Positions 14,336 to 27,124 of a DNA stretch of 64,000 nt are shown here, piece by piece. The notes below the pieces were generated by a model. The model did not search any database, was not told the DNA's origin, and worked only from the letters and a program-made list of their open reading frames with translations. Origin of the DNA: the human T2T-CHM13v2.0 reference genome, Homo sapiens; the NCBI RefSeq assembly GCF_009914755.1, contig NC_060939.1, one strand, 5' to 3'. Every line of letters starts with the position of its first letter. Positions within the stretch are counted from its first letter, which is position 1. Made by a program: the position numbers and the translations under genes.

Positions 14336-14593
14336 TTACTTATCATTGTCCTTAAAATTTAACTCAGTCGGGATGAGATAAAGTGGGTGATGTTCCTCTC
14401 ATCCCTGCAGGCACATATGGAAAGCTCATCACTTTTATGACCACTCCAAGGTACTAGAAAGACCTGTGTTATTTTAACCATAAATATGATCTCAGTTCAG
14501 AAAGTTGAATACCCATATCCATAAATAATCACAATTCTGAACTTCATTTAATGTCTTTACCTGCTTTTGATACAGGGAATGGGACACACATGC

Positions 14594-14935
14594 TGTGATT
14601 GTTTCTGGTTACTGCTATGACAAATTACCACAACTTAGTGGCTTAAAACCACACAAATTTATTATCTCATAATTCTTTAGGTCAGAAATGTGACTGTTTC
14701 TTCTCCTTTCTTATATTCTAGAGGGTGTCTTCATTCCTTGGCTCATGGCCCCCTTCCTCCATCTTCAAAGCCAGTAACATCACGTCTCTCTGACCCTTCT
14801 GTCACAACATCTCTGACCACAGCCGGGAAAGCCTCTCCACATTTAAGGATTTAGGTGATTTGACTGGACCCACCTTGATAATCCAGGATAATCCCTCTTC
14901 TCCAGGTCTGTAACCTAATCATCTACAAAGTCCCT
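14594..14935 (-). mobile_element. MLT1 (MaLR) LTR
   Basis: 'acaaattaccacaacttagtggcttaaaaccacacaaatttattatctca', 'ggctcatggcccc'. Confidence 0.75.
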
Positions 14936-14939
14936 ACAC

Positions 14940-15340
14940 CACTCATCCAAGCCGGCATCATCTCTCACCTGTATCTCGCCTGGATTATGGCAATAGCCTT
15001 CTATCTGGTCTCACTCTTCTACTTTTGCCCACTGTAGTAATTATACTCACAGCAAAATCAGAAGTTTTGTTCTGAACATTTCAAGTTTTGAGACCTATTA
15101 GACAATTAAGAGGATTTCAAGTAGTTGTCTTGTATACAGATGGATCTTCAATTCTGAAGCTCAAAGAAAGCTTTCAACTGGAGATGTAAATTTTGGAGAC
15201 ATTGCCATACAGATGGCACTTAAAACTATGGGGCTGGAAGACATAACCAAAGGAGTAAGTCTACATACAGAAGAAGCTGAGGACCTAGTCCTGGGGCATT
15301 TCAACATTTAGAGATTTCAACAAGGAGGTGTTAGCAAAGA
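14940..15340. mobile_element. L2 fragments in both orientations
   Basis: 'catcatctctcacctg...ggattatggcaatagcc' and 'ctggagatgtaaattttggagac...ccaaaggag'. Confidence 0.6.
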
Positions 15341-15344
15341 ATCC

Positions 15345-15582
15345 TAGTCTATCTGTGAAATGAAGAAAAACGAGAACTGTGCTACAGTCTGAGACTCTTC
15401 CTTCCCAGTTATCCTTCCTTCCCCTTCTCCTTTCCCAGGTATCAGGCCTGGATGATAGTCTAAAGGCACTCCCCAGGTACTCCTCCACCCTCCCTTTATC
15501 CTCCACAGATATTTCCCCAATAAATTTCTTACCCATCTAATTCCATCTTGGTATCTGCTTTTCAGAGTACCCAAACTAACAC
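15345..15582 (+). mobile_element. LTR16-like ERVL LTR 3' part
   Basis: 'ccccaataaatttcttaccc...ccatcttggtatctgcttttcagagtacccaaactaacaca'. Confidence 0.6.
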
Positions 15583-15611
15583 AGAGTAGGTTAAATAAAG
15601 AGCAGGAGGAA

Positions 15612-15930
15612 GGCCAGTCATGATCGCTCATGCCTGTAATCCCAGCACTTTGGGAGGCCAAAATAGGAAGATCCCTTAGGCTAGGAGTTCAAGACCAGCC
15701 TGGGCAACATAGTAAGAACCCATCTCTACAAAAAAAAAAAAAAATTTAATAGTCAGGTGTGGTGCTGTGCTCCTGTAGTCACAGCTACTCCAGAGGCTGA
15801 GATGGGAGGATCCCTTGAGCCAGGAGTTCGAGGCTGCAGTGATCCAAGATCACAACACTGCACTCCAGCTAGGTTGGCAGAGTGAGACCCTGTCTCTAGA
15901 AAAGAAAAATGTTTTGAATAATAATTTGAA
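15612..15930 (+). mobile_element. AluJ
   Basis: J features 'gggaggatcccttgagccaggagttcgaggctgcag'; 19-bp TSD aaataaagagcaggaggaa. Confidence 0.93.
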
Positions 15931-16224
15931 AAATAAAGAGCAGGAGGAAATAAACATTATAAAGAGGAGCAGACAAATTACACCTGGTGGGGGAACAGAA
16001 GGTCTAGGTTTGTTGTTGTGAAGTCTTACAGATGTGAGCTATTACAGCATGGTTGTATGTTGACCAGAATTACCCAATAGAGAAAGACAAACTAATGGTG
16101 TGGGAGACAGAGAGGGCAGTTCCAGGAACAAAATGCTTGAGTAAACAAAAAGGGAAGGGATCCAGCACACACAGACAGAGATCAGGCAGCTGCCAGTATC
16201 TTCTGCTCTATACCTCCTCCATAG

Positions 16225-16450
16225 TTCATTTAGCACTTCAAAGCCAGAAAGAGGCTTTCCAGGGCAATTCCCTAACACACATTATTTCATTTGATCCTCA
16301 CAACTATCCCAAGAATTGGCAAGCATTAGCATTCTACGCATAACAAATGAGAAAACTAATGTTCACAGCGCTTAAGTAAATTTCCAGTTTCTATGATTAG
16401 GAAAGAGTAGAGCTGAGAGTTAAAACAATTTCCTTTTATTCCAATGGCAG
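16225..16450 (-). mobile_element. MIR fragment
   Basis: 'cattatttcatttgatcctcacaac...aaatgagaaaact' core. Confidence 0.6.
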
Positions 16451-18371
16451 TATTGCTTTTATTACTACACCTTGTTGCTTCCAAGAAAAGGCAAGAGGTT
16501 GAGTAAACGGTATAAAGACTGAGTAGACTGGGAATGATTGCACTAGACTTGGGTGTCAGTGTCGGGGAGAATTGGAGCTCATATTTAGGAGTCCTGGGCT
16601 ATTCAATAAACACTGCCACAGGCAAAAATAGAAAGTCAGGAATTCCATCTGACTGATGTATCATTCTGAAGATGTTAGCTGGCCAATACAAAGTCCAAGC
16701 GTATGGCGACAAGGCAGATGATGGGATACTTCAGACCAGAACAAGAAGGTTCAAAGCTGAAAGTAGAATTCCTGAGTCCCTAGAGCAGTGCTGTAGGCAT
16801 TTGTATAGGGTGCCTGGCATTGGCTGTAGTTTAGAAAGGAATCATTAAGGGTACTGAGCTTACAGGGATACAGGTATACTAAAATTCCATAATAGCTTTA
16901 AGGTTCCTGTAATGGGAGACCATAAGAATGCACTCAAAAAAGAATAATGAGAGCACATTGGGGTGGAGGATGGGGTGGGAAGGTTGTGATAGACACAGGT
17001 GACTAATTTCTCTTGATATATAATGATGCTTGGGATGGGAAAAGATTCCCCTCTCTATCTAAGGAAACATATTTGATTGGTCTAATGAGGTAGAACGAGT
17101 GTCATTTCTATAAGTTCTTTAGTCGGGGAAGAGTGGACAAAAGGAGGCTTAATTATTAATAGGTCCTAAGGATCAGGAAGGAACAGATCATTTATTTTTT
17201 CCTGAATTCCTTGATCACAGTACTGAATAATACACCCTTCCTGACTTGTTTAAGCTTTCAACTGCTTAATTTTTGTGTTCTTATTCCAAATGTTTTCTTT
17301 TTACAAAAAGATACTTTCTGTTGTTTTCATTATGGGAATACACATAGCAATAGTTCTCACTTCACGTTACGCAGCCTTCCTGTACATAAAAGCTAGCCAA
17401 CCAATTCTATGAGTTCATCTCTCCCTCTCTACCCTTCTCCCGTTTTCCTCTCCTCTTCTAATAGGAAAAGAATATTCCTGATAAGAAGCTCTAGAATGTG
17501 AGTGTTGGCCCCATATTTTTCTTCATAAACTATCTTCCTCATGAAAGGAGGATCAGTCACCAATGATATGTAGTGGAGAGAAAGAGAAGAACTCTGAATA
17601 TCCACCACAGAAGAGCAAAACCACATTGACAGTTATAGATAGGAAACAACTGAGAGGAAGCTAAACTGTGCAACCTAGAAGTCTATCGCTTTGGCTGACT
17701 TTCTATTGGTGCTCCATGTTTCAAAACCCTGCGCAGTATGTATGAAGGGTGATCAAGTGGGGGGAACCAAAGTAAACAGAATACATATGCAAATAAGTAG
17801 CATTTAGTCAGATTGTTCACTGATCATTTAAGTATTTTCTCTCTCAGACCTGGTCCCTGCTCCCTAAGTGTAATTGAAGCCCCTCCACCCTCTGAACAGG
17901 AAGGAATCTTCTACTCATACAGGCAATCTCTACCTTTTGACAATCTATATTTTGCTACTGCATTCATCGTAGGATTCTTCCACTTTAGATTTAGTGCAAT
18001 TTACACCCATTGTCTCAATTCGTTCAGTACTAAATGAATTATTTTTCATTATTCAACCCCCTTGTGCTCTGAACTAAGCTTTTACCTAAATTATAAGCTA
18101 CACAAGAGGAGAGTATTATTCATCTCCACAGTCTCCCACTGAAGAGGGTCGCTTCAAAATGTTGTATGGATGGATATGTGGCTGAGTGGATGGATGAGTG
18201 AACTACTCTTCCCTTATCTTCCTTCTCTACCTATTGATTCCTTACCTCAAATGTTCTCTCTTTCATGAAGCCATTCTTGATTTTATTTATTTGAACACTT
18301 AAGGGCTTTATCTCCTAAGACACTTTTTCTACCTTAAATTTTTGTTTTGCCATCTTGTGTTTTCTTATTTC

Positions 18372-18680
18372 TTTTTTTTTTTTTTTTTTTTTTTTTTAGA
18401 CAGAGTCATGCTCTGTTGCCCAGGCTGGAAAGCACTGACACAATCTTGGCTCACCACAACCTCCACCTCTGAGGTTCAAGCAATTCTCCTGTCTCAGCCT
18501 CCTGAGTAGCTGGGATTACAGGCATGCACCACCACGTTCAGCTGATTTTTTTGTATTTTTAGTAGAGACGGGGTTTCACCACGTTGGCCAAGCTGGTCTC
18601 GAACTCCTGACCTCAGTTGATCTGCCTGTGTGAGCCTCCCAAAGTACTGGGATTACAGATGTGAGCCACCACGCCCAGCT
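18372..18680 (-). mobile_element. AluS
   Basis: Poly-T plus reverse dimer; TSD atcttgtg(t/a)ttt. Confidence 0.94.
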
Positions 18681-19535
18681 TATCTTGTGATTTATACTTG
18701 TTTTAGTCTTCCACAGAGAGAGACTTTCTCATTTGTTTTTATATCTCCTGCTGCTCTTAGCACAGAGCTTATACACTGTAGATGATCAACAAATATTTTT
18801 GAAGTAATTTAATCTAGAGTAATTTGAGACTCAAAATATTTCTGCAAGGCAGGCAGCGCTGGTATTCTTGTCCTCATTGATGACTTGCCCACTGTCACCT
18901 ACCTGGCCAAAAAGCTGGCCAGAACACAAAAGCAGGAAAGGAGAACCAGTTTTTGCCAGCACCATTTCCTGTTTCAGTATGGTTTAAACAGACCCAAACA
19001 GATTCAGTATGCTTTTAAACAGCCCTTAAAAAGAACATGCTGGGTCACAAAAATGAAAAACTTCTGCATTTAGAAAGAGGGTAAAGTCTGTAAAGATATT
19101 TCCCTGCTTTGATTTTTTCCTTAAGGAAGCCATATGTTAAGTTTTCCTTTTAACCAGTATGCATACATCACCATACACCATCTTACCCAGATGTCTTATG
19201 TGTTTAAAGTCTGTTCTTAAGTTTCTGTGTCACCATTGCCCACCTAGTCAAGGTCTCAACTGCCTTATGATTACACAATTACTACAGTCCCTTAATTGCT
19301 TCTACCACCTTATGGGTCCCTCTACCTTCCAGTCAATTCTCTACAATGCTGACAGATTTTTATAAAAGATCATTGTTTACATACCCACCAACCCCCATCT
19401 CATCTTTTTTTTAATGACCATCTTCTGATTTCAGAATAAAATCAAACTCTTCTCGGACTCAGAATATGATTCCAAAAAGTATGGCACCTTGGCATGTTAA
19501 GTACTTTGAACTGAAGGAAATTGGAAAGGTCTCAG

Positions 19536-19792
19536 TGTTACAGGAAAGGGGTCCCGATCCAGACCCCAAGAGATGGTTCTTGGATCTCACACAAGAAAGA
19601 ATTCAGAGCAAGTCTGCAGTGCAAAGCAAAAGCAAGTTTATTAAGAAAGTAAAGTGGTGAAAGAACAGCTACTCCATAGACAGTGTAGGGCATTCGCGAA
19701 ACTAAGAGGAGGAATGCATTCACCCTAGGTACAATGCTTGTACGCATAGGATAAAAAAAGATTAGGTGGCTCTGGTTCGAAAGCCTCTTACA
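19536..19792 (-). mobile_element. Short solo ERV1 LTR (MER41-related termini), internally deleted
   Basis: TG...CA termini, 4-bp TSD tcag at 19532-19535 and 19793-19796. Confidence 0.8.
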
Positions 19793-19935
19793 TCAGTATC
19801 AAGGTCCGTCTGACCTTCTCCTGTCTTCTTGTGTCCCACTCCTCTTTCTCCACCTAAGAGAGTCATAGAAACCAGAATTCCTGTTCCCCAAGGTGAGTCA
19901 CCCCTCTTCCCTAAAGCAAACCAGAAAACCTGGAA

Positions 19936-20224
19936 CGGGCAGCTCACACCTGTAATCCCAGCACTTCTGAAGGCCAAAGAGAGGATAGCTCGAGGCCAGG
20001 AGTTCAAGACCAGTCAGGGCAACATGTAAGACCCCGTGTCTATAAAACAATGAAAAATTAGCTAAGCATGGTGGTACTTGCCTGTAGTCCTACCTATCTG
20101 GGAGGCTGGGGTGAAAGGATTGCTTGAGCCTAGCAGTTCAAGGCTGCAGTGAGCTATGGTCACAACACTGCACGCCAGCCTGGGCAACACAGTGAGACCC
20201 CATCTCAAAAACAAACAAATAAAA
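19936..20224 (+). mobile_element. AluJ
   Basis: Diverged dimer; TSD aaaa(c/t)ctggaa. Confidence 0.9.
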
Positions 20225-20453
20225 ATCTGGAAAGGTCACTCTTTTCCCTCTCCCTTGAAAACCCTCATTCTGGAGGGGTCCTGCTCCATACTGAATAAGG
20301 AAGATTTCTACACAGAGAGGCCAAGAAGAATCTGAATATACAGGCCTTGCTGGTTTTCCCATCCTCCCTCCATTAGCATTAGATCAAACCCTTTTGTCCA
20401 ATCACATTTCTACATGGCTGTGCATTCTTTATCATACCTAAGCATAAAAACAG

Positions 20454-20793
<340 letters not shown>

Positions 20794-21183
20794 TCATTTT
20801 TAAGGTTTCCTGTGTCACATAAAACTTCCATTACATAAATTTGTTATGCTTTTCTCTTGTTAACTTGTTTTTGTTATAGGGGTGTTGGCCGTGACCTTTA
20901 TGATGGATAAGGAAAAGGATCATACCTTCCCACCCCATGCTCTTCAGCCTGAAATTCAGTCTTCTTACAGCCTAGTCACCAGTCTTATTTCCAACCTTTT
21001 CTTGTACTACTCCTCAGAGGATCCTTCCATTCTCCAAGTTCAGACTCCCCATACATAACACCTGTGTTCCTTCCCATCTTAGTCAAGTGATTTCGACTAG
21101 TTAAAATGTCTTCCCTTCACCTTACAATACTTTCTTCAAAGAACAGCTCAAAAGCTACCTCCACTCTGAAGTTTTATTATACA

Positions 21184-21243
21184 TGTCAACCTTCAATAAT
21201 CTTTCTTTCCCTCTGTCAACCTTCAATAATCTTTCTTTCCCTC
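21184..21243. repeat. Perfect 30-bp tandem duplication
   Basis: tgtcaaccttcaataatctttctttccctc x2. Confidence 0.95.
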
Positions 21244-21476
21244 AAATTCCTTTAGCACTTACTATAAGCTACTTGACTATCTTTCAAGATACATACACTC
21301 ACTGACCCCAAATCTTTACTCTCCTAAGAAGACCTAGAAAGGTTTATATCCTCATTCCCTTTGCTAATTATGATTTTATCTTTTTCTTTTATACATAGTT
21401 GAATCCACAAACATTTTTTATGCTCTACATGTACCAAGTCTCTGCAGGGAAAAATTATGTTTCTTAAGCAAAAATC

Positions 21477-21970
21477 TGTAGGGGCCAAGGGAAAGTTTCC
21501 TTCCACCCTCTGAAGGTTTGCTGAAAATGAACTGACAATCAACAGATTAACAGGAGAAAAGACATACAGATGTATTTAATATGCTTAGCACAGGGAAATT
21601 GTAGGAGAATGATTAGCCAATAACCCAATGAGATCCAGATGTTTATACACCTTCATAAGGGAAGGGGAGATGGCAGGTGTAGCAATTTTGAGGAGTAGTA
21701 AATAGTTTTTTAAGGGGAATGAATGGACCCAATCTTTAGTCAATGTTTAGCAAATAATTCTCTTTGGGAACTGAACGGCACCCAAGAACAGACAGTAGTT
21801 TGAGACAAAGTTTGTCTGGGCTCTAGGTGTGATGTGTGATTTTCAGTCTCTTCCTCTTCTCTGGTTAAGTTTCAGAGTAGGGTAACAAAGTCGATTGGGT
21901 TCCTTTTAGAGGGCCTGGTTTCTAGGTGGATTAGGAACTTTGGAAAGCAGCCTCATCCTGTGCTCTGGGT
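21477..21970 (-). mobile_element. MER34/LTR48-49-like ERV1 LTR
   Basis: 'tgtaggggccaagggaaagtttccttccaccctctgaagg...cagattaacaggagaaaag' matches the reversed 3' end of MER4-group LTRs. Confidence 0.6.
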
Positions 21971-22558
21971 CTTGTGCTTTATTTCTCAGGGTTTGGTCCT
22001 TGCTCCACTTAAAGGTTAACCTTGCTGTTTTCAAATCAGTTTCTGGAATGACCTGGAGTTGCATCTGTTAGGGTCACCCTCACCAGTACATTCCTGGCTG
22101 AAGACAGGGATAGTTTGTTTTTGTTTTGTTTTTGTGTGGTCATTTTATATTATTCATTGCCTACAGAGCATCTTTATGAATTTAAAGGAATGTTTGTGGG
22201 GTTGAGCATTTTAGAAGGCACTACTTTTCCGTTTGTGGGAAAAGTTGTGAACAAATGAGCTTTCTATTTCAGGGCAATGAACTGATTCTTAATTTTTTTT
22301 AGCTGCTGAAATATTTAAAATGCATGGTTTTATTTACTGCTCTTCTACCATAATATATAACAACGAGGATAAGGAGAAATATAGAGGGATAAAATAAACT
22401 TACTTAAACTTTTGAAAGTATAATGCTGAAATTGTGAGCCTACTGTCACTCATGTTTGAAATTAGGGCAAAGGTAAAGTAGAGAACAAAAAGTAATGACA
22501 AGCAAGGTGCAATTATTTGGACTTTTTATCATTCATTTACTTATTGAGCACCTGATAC

Positions 22559-23981
22559 TGAAAGGTGACAGCATGCTGGTGTCCCTCGCAGCCCTCGCTC
22601 GCTCTCGGCACCTCCTCGGCCTGGGTGCCCACTCTGGCCGTGCTTGAAGCCCTTCAGCCCACCGCTGCACCGTGGGAGCCCTTCTCTGGGCTGGCCGAGG
22701 CCGGAGCCGGCTCCCTGGGCTTGCGGGGAGGTGTGGAAGGAGAGGCACGGGCAGGAACCAGGGATGCGCTCGCGGGCCAGCTAGAGTTCTGGGTGAGCGT
22801 GGGCTTGGCGGGCCCTGCACTCTGAGCGGCCGGCCGGCCCTGCCGACCAGGCAGTGAGGGGCTTAGCACCCAGGCCAGCAGCTGCAGAGGGTGCACTGGG
22901 TCCCCCAGCAGTGCTGGCCCACCAGCGCTTCCCTCCTCACCGGGCCTTAGCTGCCTCCCCGCGGGGAAGGGCTTGGGACCTGCAGCCCCCCATGTCATGG
23001 CTGAGCCTCCCCCCGACCCGCCACCCCTGCCACCCCTGCCACCCCCACCATGGGCTCCTGCTTAGCCCTAGCCTCCCCGACGAGTGCCGCCCCCTGCTCC
23101 ACGGCGCCCAGTCCCATCGACTGCCCAAGGGCTGAGGAGTGTGGGCGCACCGCACAGGACTGGCAGGCAGCTCTACCTGCAGCCCCGATGGGAGATCCAC
23201 TGGGTGAAGCCAGCTGGGCTCCAAGTCTAGTGGGGACTTGGAGAACCTTTACGTCTAGCTGAGGGATTGTAAATACACCAATGGGCACTCTGTATCTAGC
23301 TCAAGGTTTGTAAACACACCAATCAGCACTCTGTGTCTAGCTCAGGTTTTGTAAATACACCAATCAACACTGTATCTAGCTAATCTAGTGGAGATGTGGA
23401 GAACTTTTCTGTCTAGCTCAGGGATTGTAAACACACCAATCAGCACCCTGTCAAAACGGACCAATCAGCTCTCTGTAAAACAGACCAATGGGCTCTCTGT
23501 AAAATGGACCAATCAGCAGGATGTGGGTAGGGCCAGATAAGAGAATAAAAGCAGGCTGCCTGCGTCAGCAGTAGCAACCTGTGGGGCCACCTGTGGAAAC
23601 TTTGTTCTTTTGCTCTTTGCAATAAATCTTACTACTCTTCCCTCTTTGGGTCCACACTTCCTTTATGAGCTGTTAATACTCACTGCGAAGGTCTGTAGCT
23701 TCACTCCGGAAGCCAGCGAGACCACAAACCCACCAGGAGGACCGAACAACTCCAGACGCGCTGCCTTAAGAGCTATAACACTCACCGCGATGGTCTGCAG
23801 TTTCACTCCTGAGCCAGCAAGACCACGAATCCACCAGAAGGAAGAAACTCCGAACACATCCAAACATCAGAAGGAAAAAACTCCGGACACGCCGCCTTTA
23901 AGAACTGTAACACTCACTCTGAGGGTCTGCGGCTTCATTCTTGAAGTCAGTGAGACCAAGAACCCACCAATTCCAGACACA
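22559..23981 (+). mobile_element. Solo LTR12C-like (ERV9) LTR, complete
   Basis: Starts TGAAAGGTGACAGC, ends CCAATTCCAGACACA, 4-bp TSD atac; GC/CpG-rich U3; inserted in an L2 remnant. Confidence 0.95.
23270..23580 (+). promoter_or_regulatory. LTR12 U3 enhancer/promoter: CCAAT (NF-Y) array, GATA site, TATA-like box
   Basis: Seven CCAAT at 23278, 23319, 23360, 23436, 23461, 23485 and 23509; AGATAA at 23535; AATAAAA at 23544. This is the established ERV9 LTR promoter layout; activity at this copy is not shown. Confidence 0.7.
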
Positions 23982-24397
23982 ATACCATGTCCATAATAGA
24001 GGGATTCCAAAATGAAAAGTCATGGTCCTACCTTTTAGGAGCTTACAAATAAGCTGTTTACGAACGAAGTTAAAAATGCAAAAAGGAGTAAAATTAATAA
24101 GCTATAGTAGGAGTAGAGGAAAATAAGATTATTTCACTCCAATTATGTGAAAAAATTTTAAAACTCGGTGGTAGAAACAAAATTTGAGCAATGTCTCTGA
24201 AGGCAGTGAGATGTAAACACTATGTCAATATTGTAGAAAGGTCTATTTAGGATTTTGGAACACTGGTAGCAAAAGGAGAGTCTGGCCGGGACACAGGTAC
24301 GTTGGTGAAATAAGCACAAATTAGAGGCTTTTGTCACTAGACTGTGGAAAACTATCGATGCTCTATTCAGATGAGTGTCATAATTAGAGTTGTGTTT

Positions 24398-24690
24398 GGC
24401 CAGGTGCAGTGTGGCTCACACCTGTAATCCCAGTACTTTGGGAGGTCGATGCGGGTGGATCACCTGAGGTCAGATGTTCAAGACCAGCCTGGCCAACATG
24501 GCGAAACGCTGTCTCTACTAAAAATACAAAAATTAGCTGGGCATGGTGGCGGGTGCCTGTAATCCCAGCTACTCAGGGTGCTGAGGCAAGAGAATCACTT
24601 GAACCTGGGAGGTGGAGGTTGCAGTGGGGCAAGATCATGTCACTGCTCTCCAGCCTGGGCGACAGAGTGACTGTCTCAAAAAAAAAAAAA
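24398..24690 (+). mobile_element. AluSx-like
   Basis: Full dimer; TSD gagttgtgttt. Confidence 0.95.
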
Positions 24691-24774
24691 TTGAGTTGTG
24701 TTTAAGGTAGGTAAATTTGACCACAGTGTATTGGTCTAATTGGAATTGAGATAAGAATTCATCTGGACTTCTTT

Positions 24775-25595
<821 letters not shown>

Positions 25596-26466
25596 AGAAT
25601 GGGAAAGTCTAGAGGTGGAGATGCAACACTACACTGCATTTTAAAGTTTACATTCTAGCTTTTTAAAACGAGTGGTAGCTTGATACAGCGGGAAATGGAA
25701 AGTCACTCGAAGTCTGAAGGCATTCTCTGGCTGCTGTTTACTAGCTCTGTGACCTTTGGCATATTAATCAATATCTGTATCCTCAGTTTCTTTTTCTGCT
25801 ATGCGGGATTAATGTTGTAGAGTTGCTTTGGTAAGTGAGATAAGCCTCGGAACACAATGCCTCACACATAGTAAGTGCTCAATGAATATTTGTTTCCCTC
25901 CTTTTTTTGCCTAATTCAGAACCTTAAAAGCGTTTATTTCTGACTGTTAATATAGCTTGAGTTAGTGAACACCCACGTATCTCATTTCAGTATTTTAGAT
26001 GGTTCTAAAGTCTGTGCCACAGAAGGCAAAATTGCATCACATTTGCATTTGGGAGAATAAATTTACAATCAAGAAATTAACAGGTACTTTGGGTTCTCAA
26101 GATAGTCTGAGTTTATTCAACATTCATTTGATCGATATTTGTTGTGCCTCTGTGTCTGTGGCTCTGCAAGGAGATACAAAAGTGGTACAACTCAGTCTTG
26201 CTGTCAAGGAGTTCAAAGTCAAGTTTGAGATATATCAACATACAGATGATCAAAAGGGTTTATGATAAGTACTAGCAGTTTATACAAGTGTTATGGGAGC
26301 ACAGAAGAATGCGTAATAGGCTGAGTTTGCAAAAAGAAGTAAGGGAAAGCTTTGCAAGGAGGAAGAAATGCCTTTAGATAAATCTTGAAGTATTAGTTGT
26401 AGTTCACCCGCTACACGTTATTTCTTCTGCTAGACCCATACCAGGTGGGAAAATAATTTGTAAAAC

Positions 26467-27100
26467 TGTCAGAAGCATTTGAACCAGAGCGCCACCATCT
26501 TGAGCAGGGGCTGGGTAAAACGAGGCTGAGATCTGCTGGGCTGCATTCTCAATAGGTTAGACATTCTTAGTCACAGGATGGGATAGGAGGTCGGCAAAAG
26601 ATACAAGTCACAAAGATCCTACTGATAAAACAGGACGCAGTAAAGAAGCTGGCCAAGTCCTACCAAAACCAAGATGGCAACAAAAGTGATCTCTGGTTGT
26701 CCTCCCTGCTCACTGTATGCTAATTATAATGCATTAGCATACTAAAAGACACTCCCACCAGCACCATGACAGTTTACAAATGCCATGGCAACTTCCAGAA
26801 GTTTACCCTATATAGTCTAAAAGGAAGAGGAACCCTCAGTTCTGGGAGCTCCCTGCCCCTTTCCTGGAAAACTCATGAGTAATCCACCCCTTGTTTAGCA
26901 TATCATCAACAAATAACCATAATAATAGCCAACCAGCAGCCTTTGGGGCTGCTCTGTCTTTGGAGCAGTCATTTTTTATTCCTTTGCTTTTCTAATGAAC
27001 TTGCTTTCACTTTTCTCTGTGGACTTACCCTGAATTCTTTATTGTGTGAGATCCAAAAACCCTCTTTTGGGGTCTAGATCAATACCCATTTCCGGTAACA
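26467..27100 (+). mobile_element. MER41B-like solo LTR, full length (634 bp)
   Basis: TGTCAGAAGCATTTGAACCAGAGC ... TTTCCGGTAACA. Confidence 0.9.
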
Positions 27101-27124
27101 AAAATGTAAAGAAGAGAGGAATTG

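Noticed and set aside
19765-19790. GGTTCGAA B-box suggesting a tRNA or Pol III gene
   Set aside because: It is the reverse complement of the LTR 5' terminus; there is no cloverleaf or A-box.
22565-23200. CpG island of a host gene promoter
   Set aside because: It lies entirely within the LTR12 U3 region.
23255-23520. Repeat array resembling CRISPR or a novel minisatellite
   Set aside because: These are the known tandem enhancer repeats of LTR12/ERV9, in eukaryotic DNA and without unique spacers.
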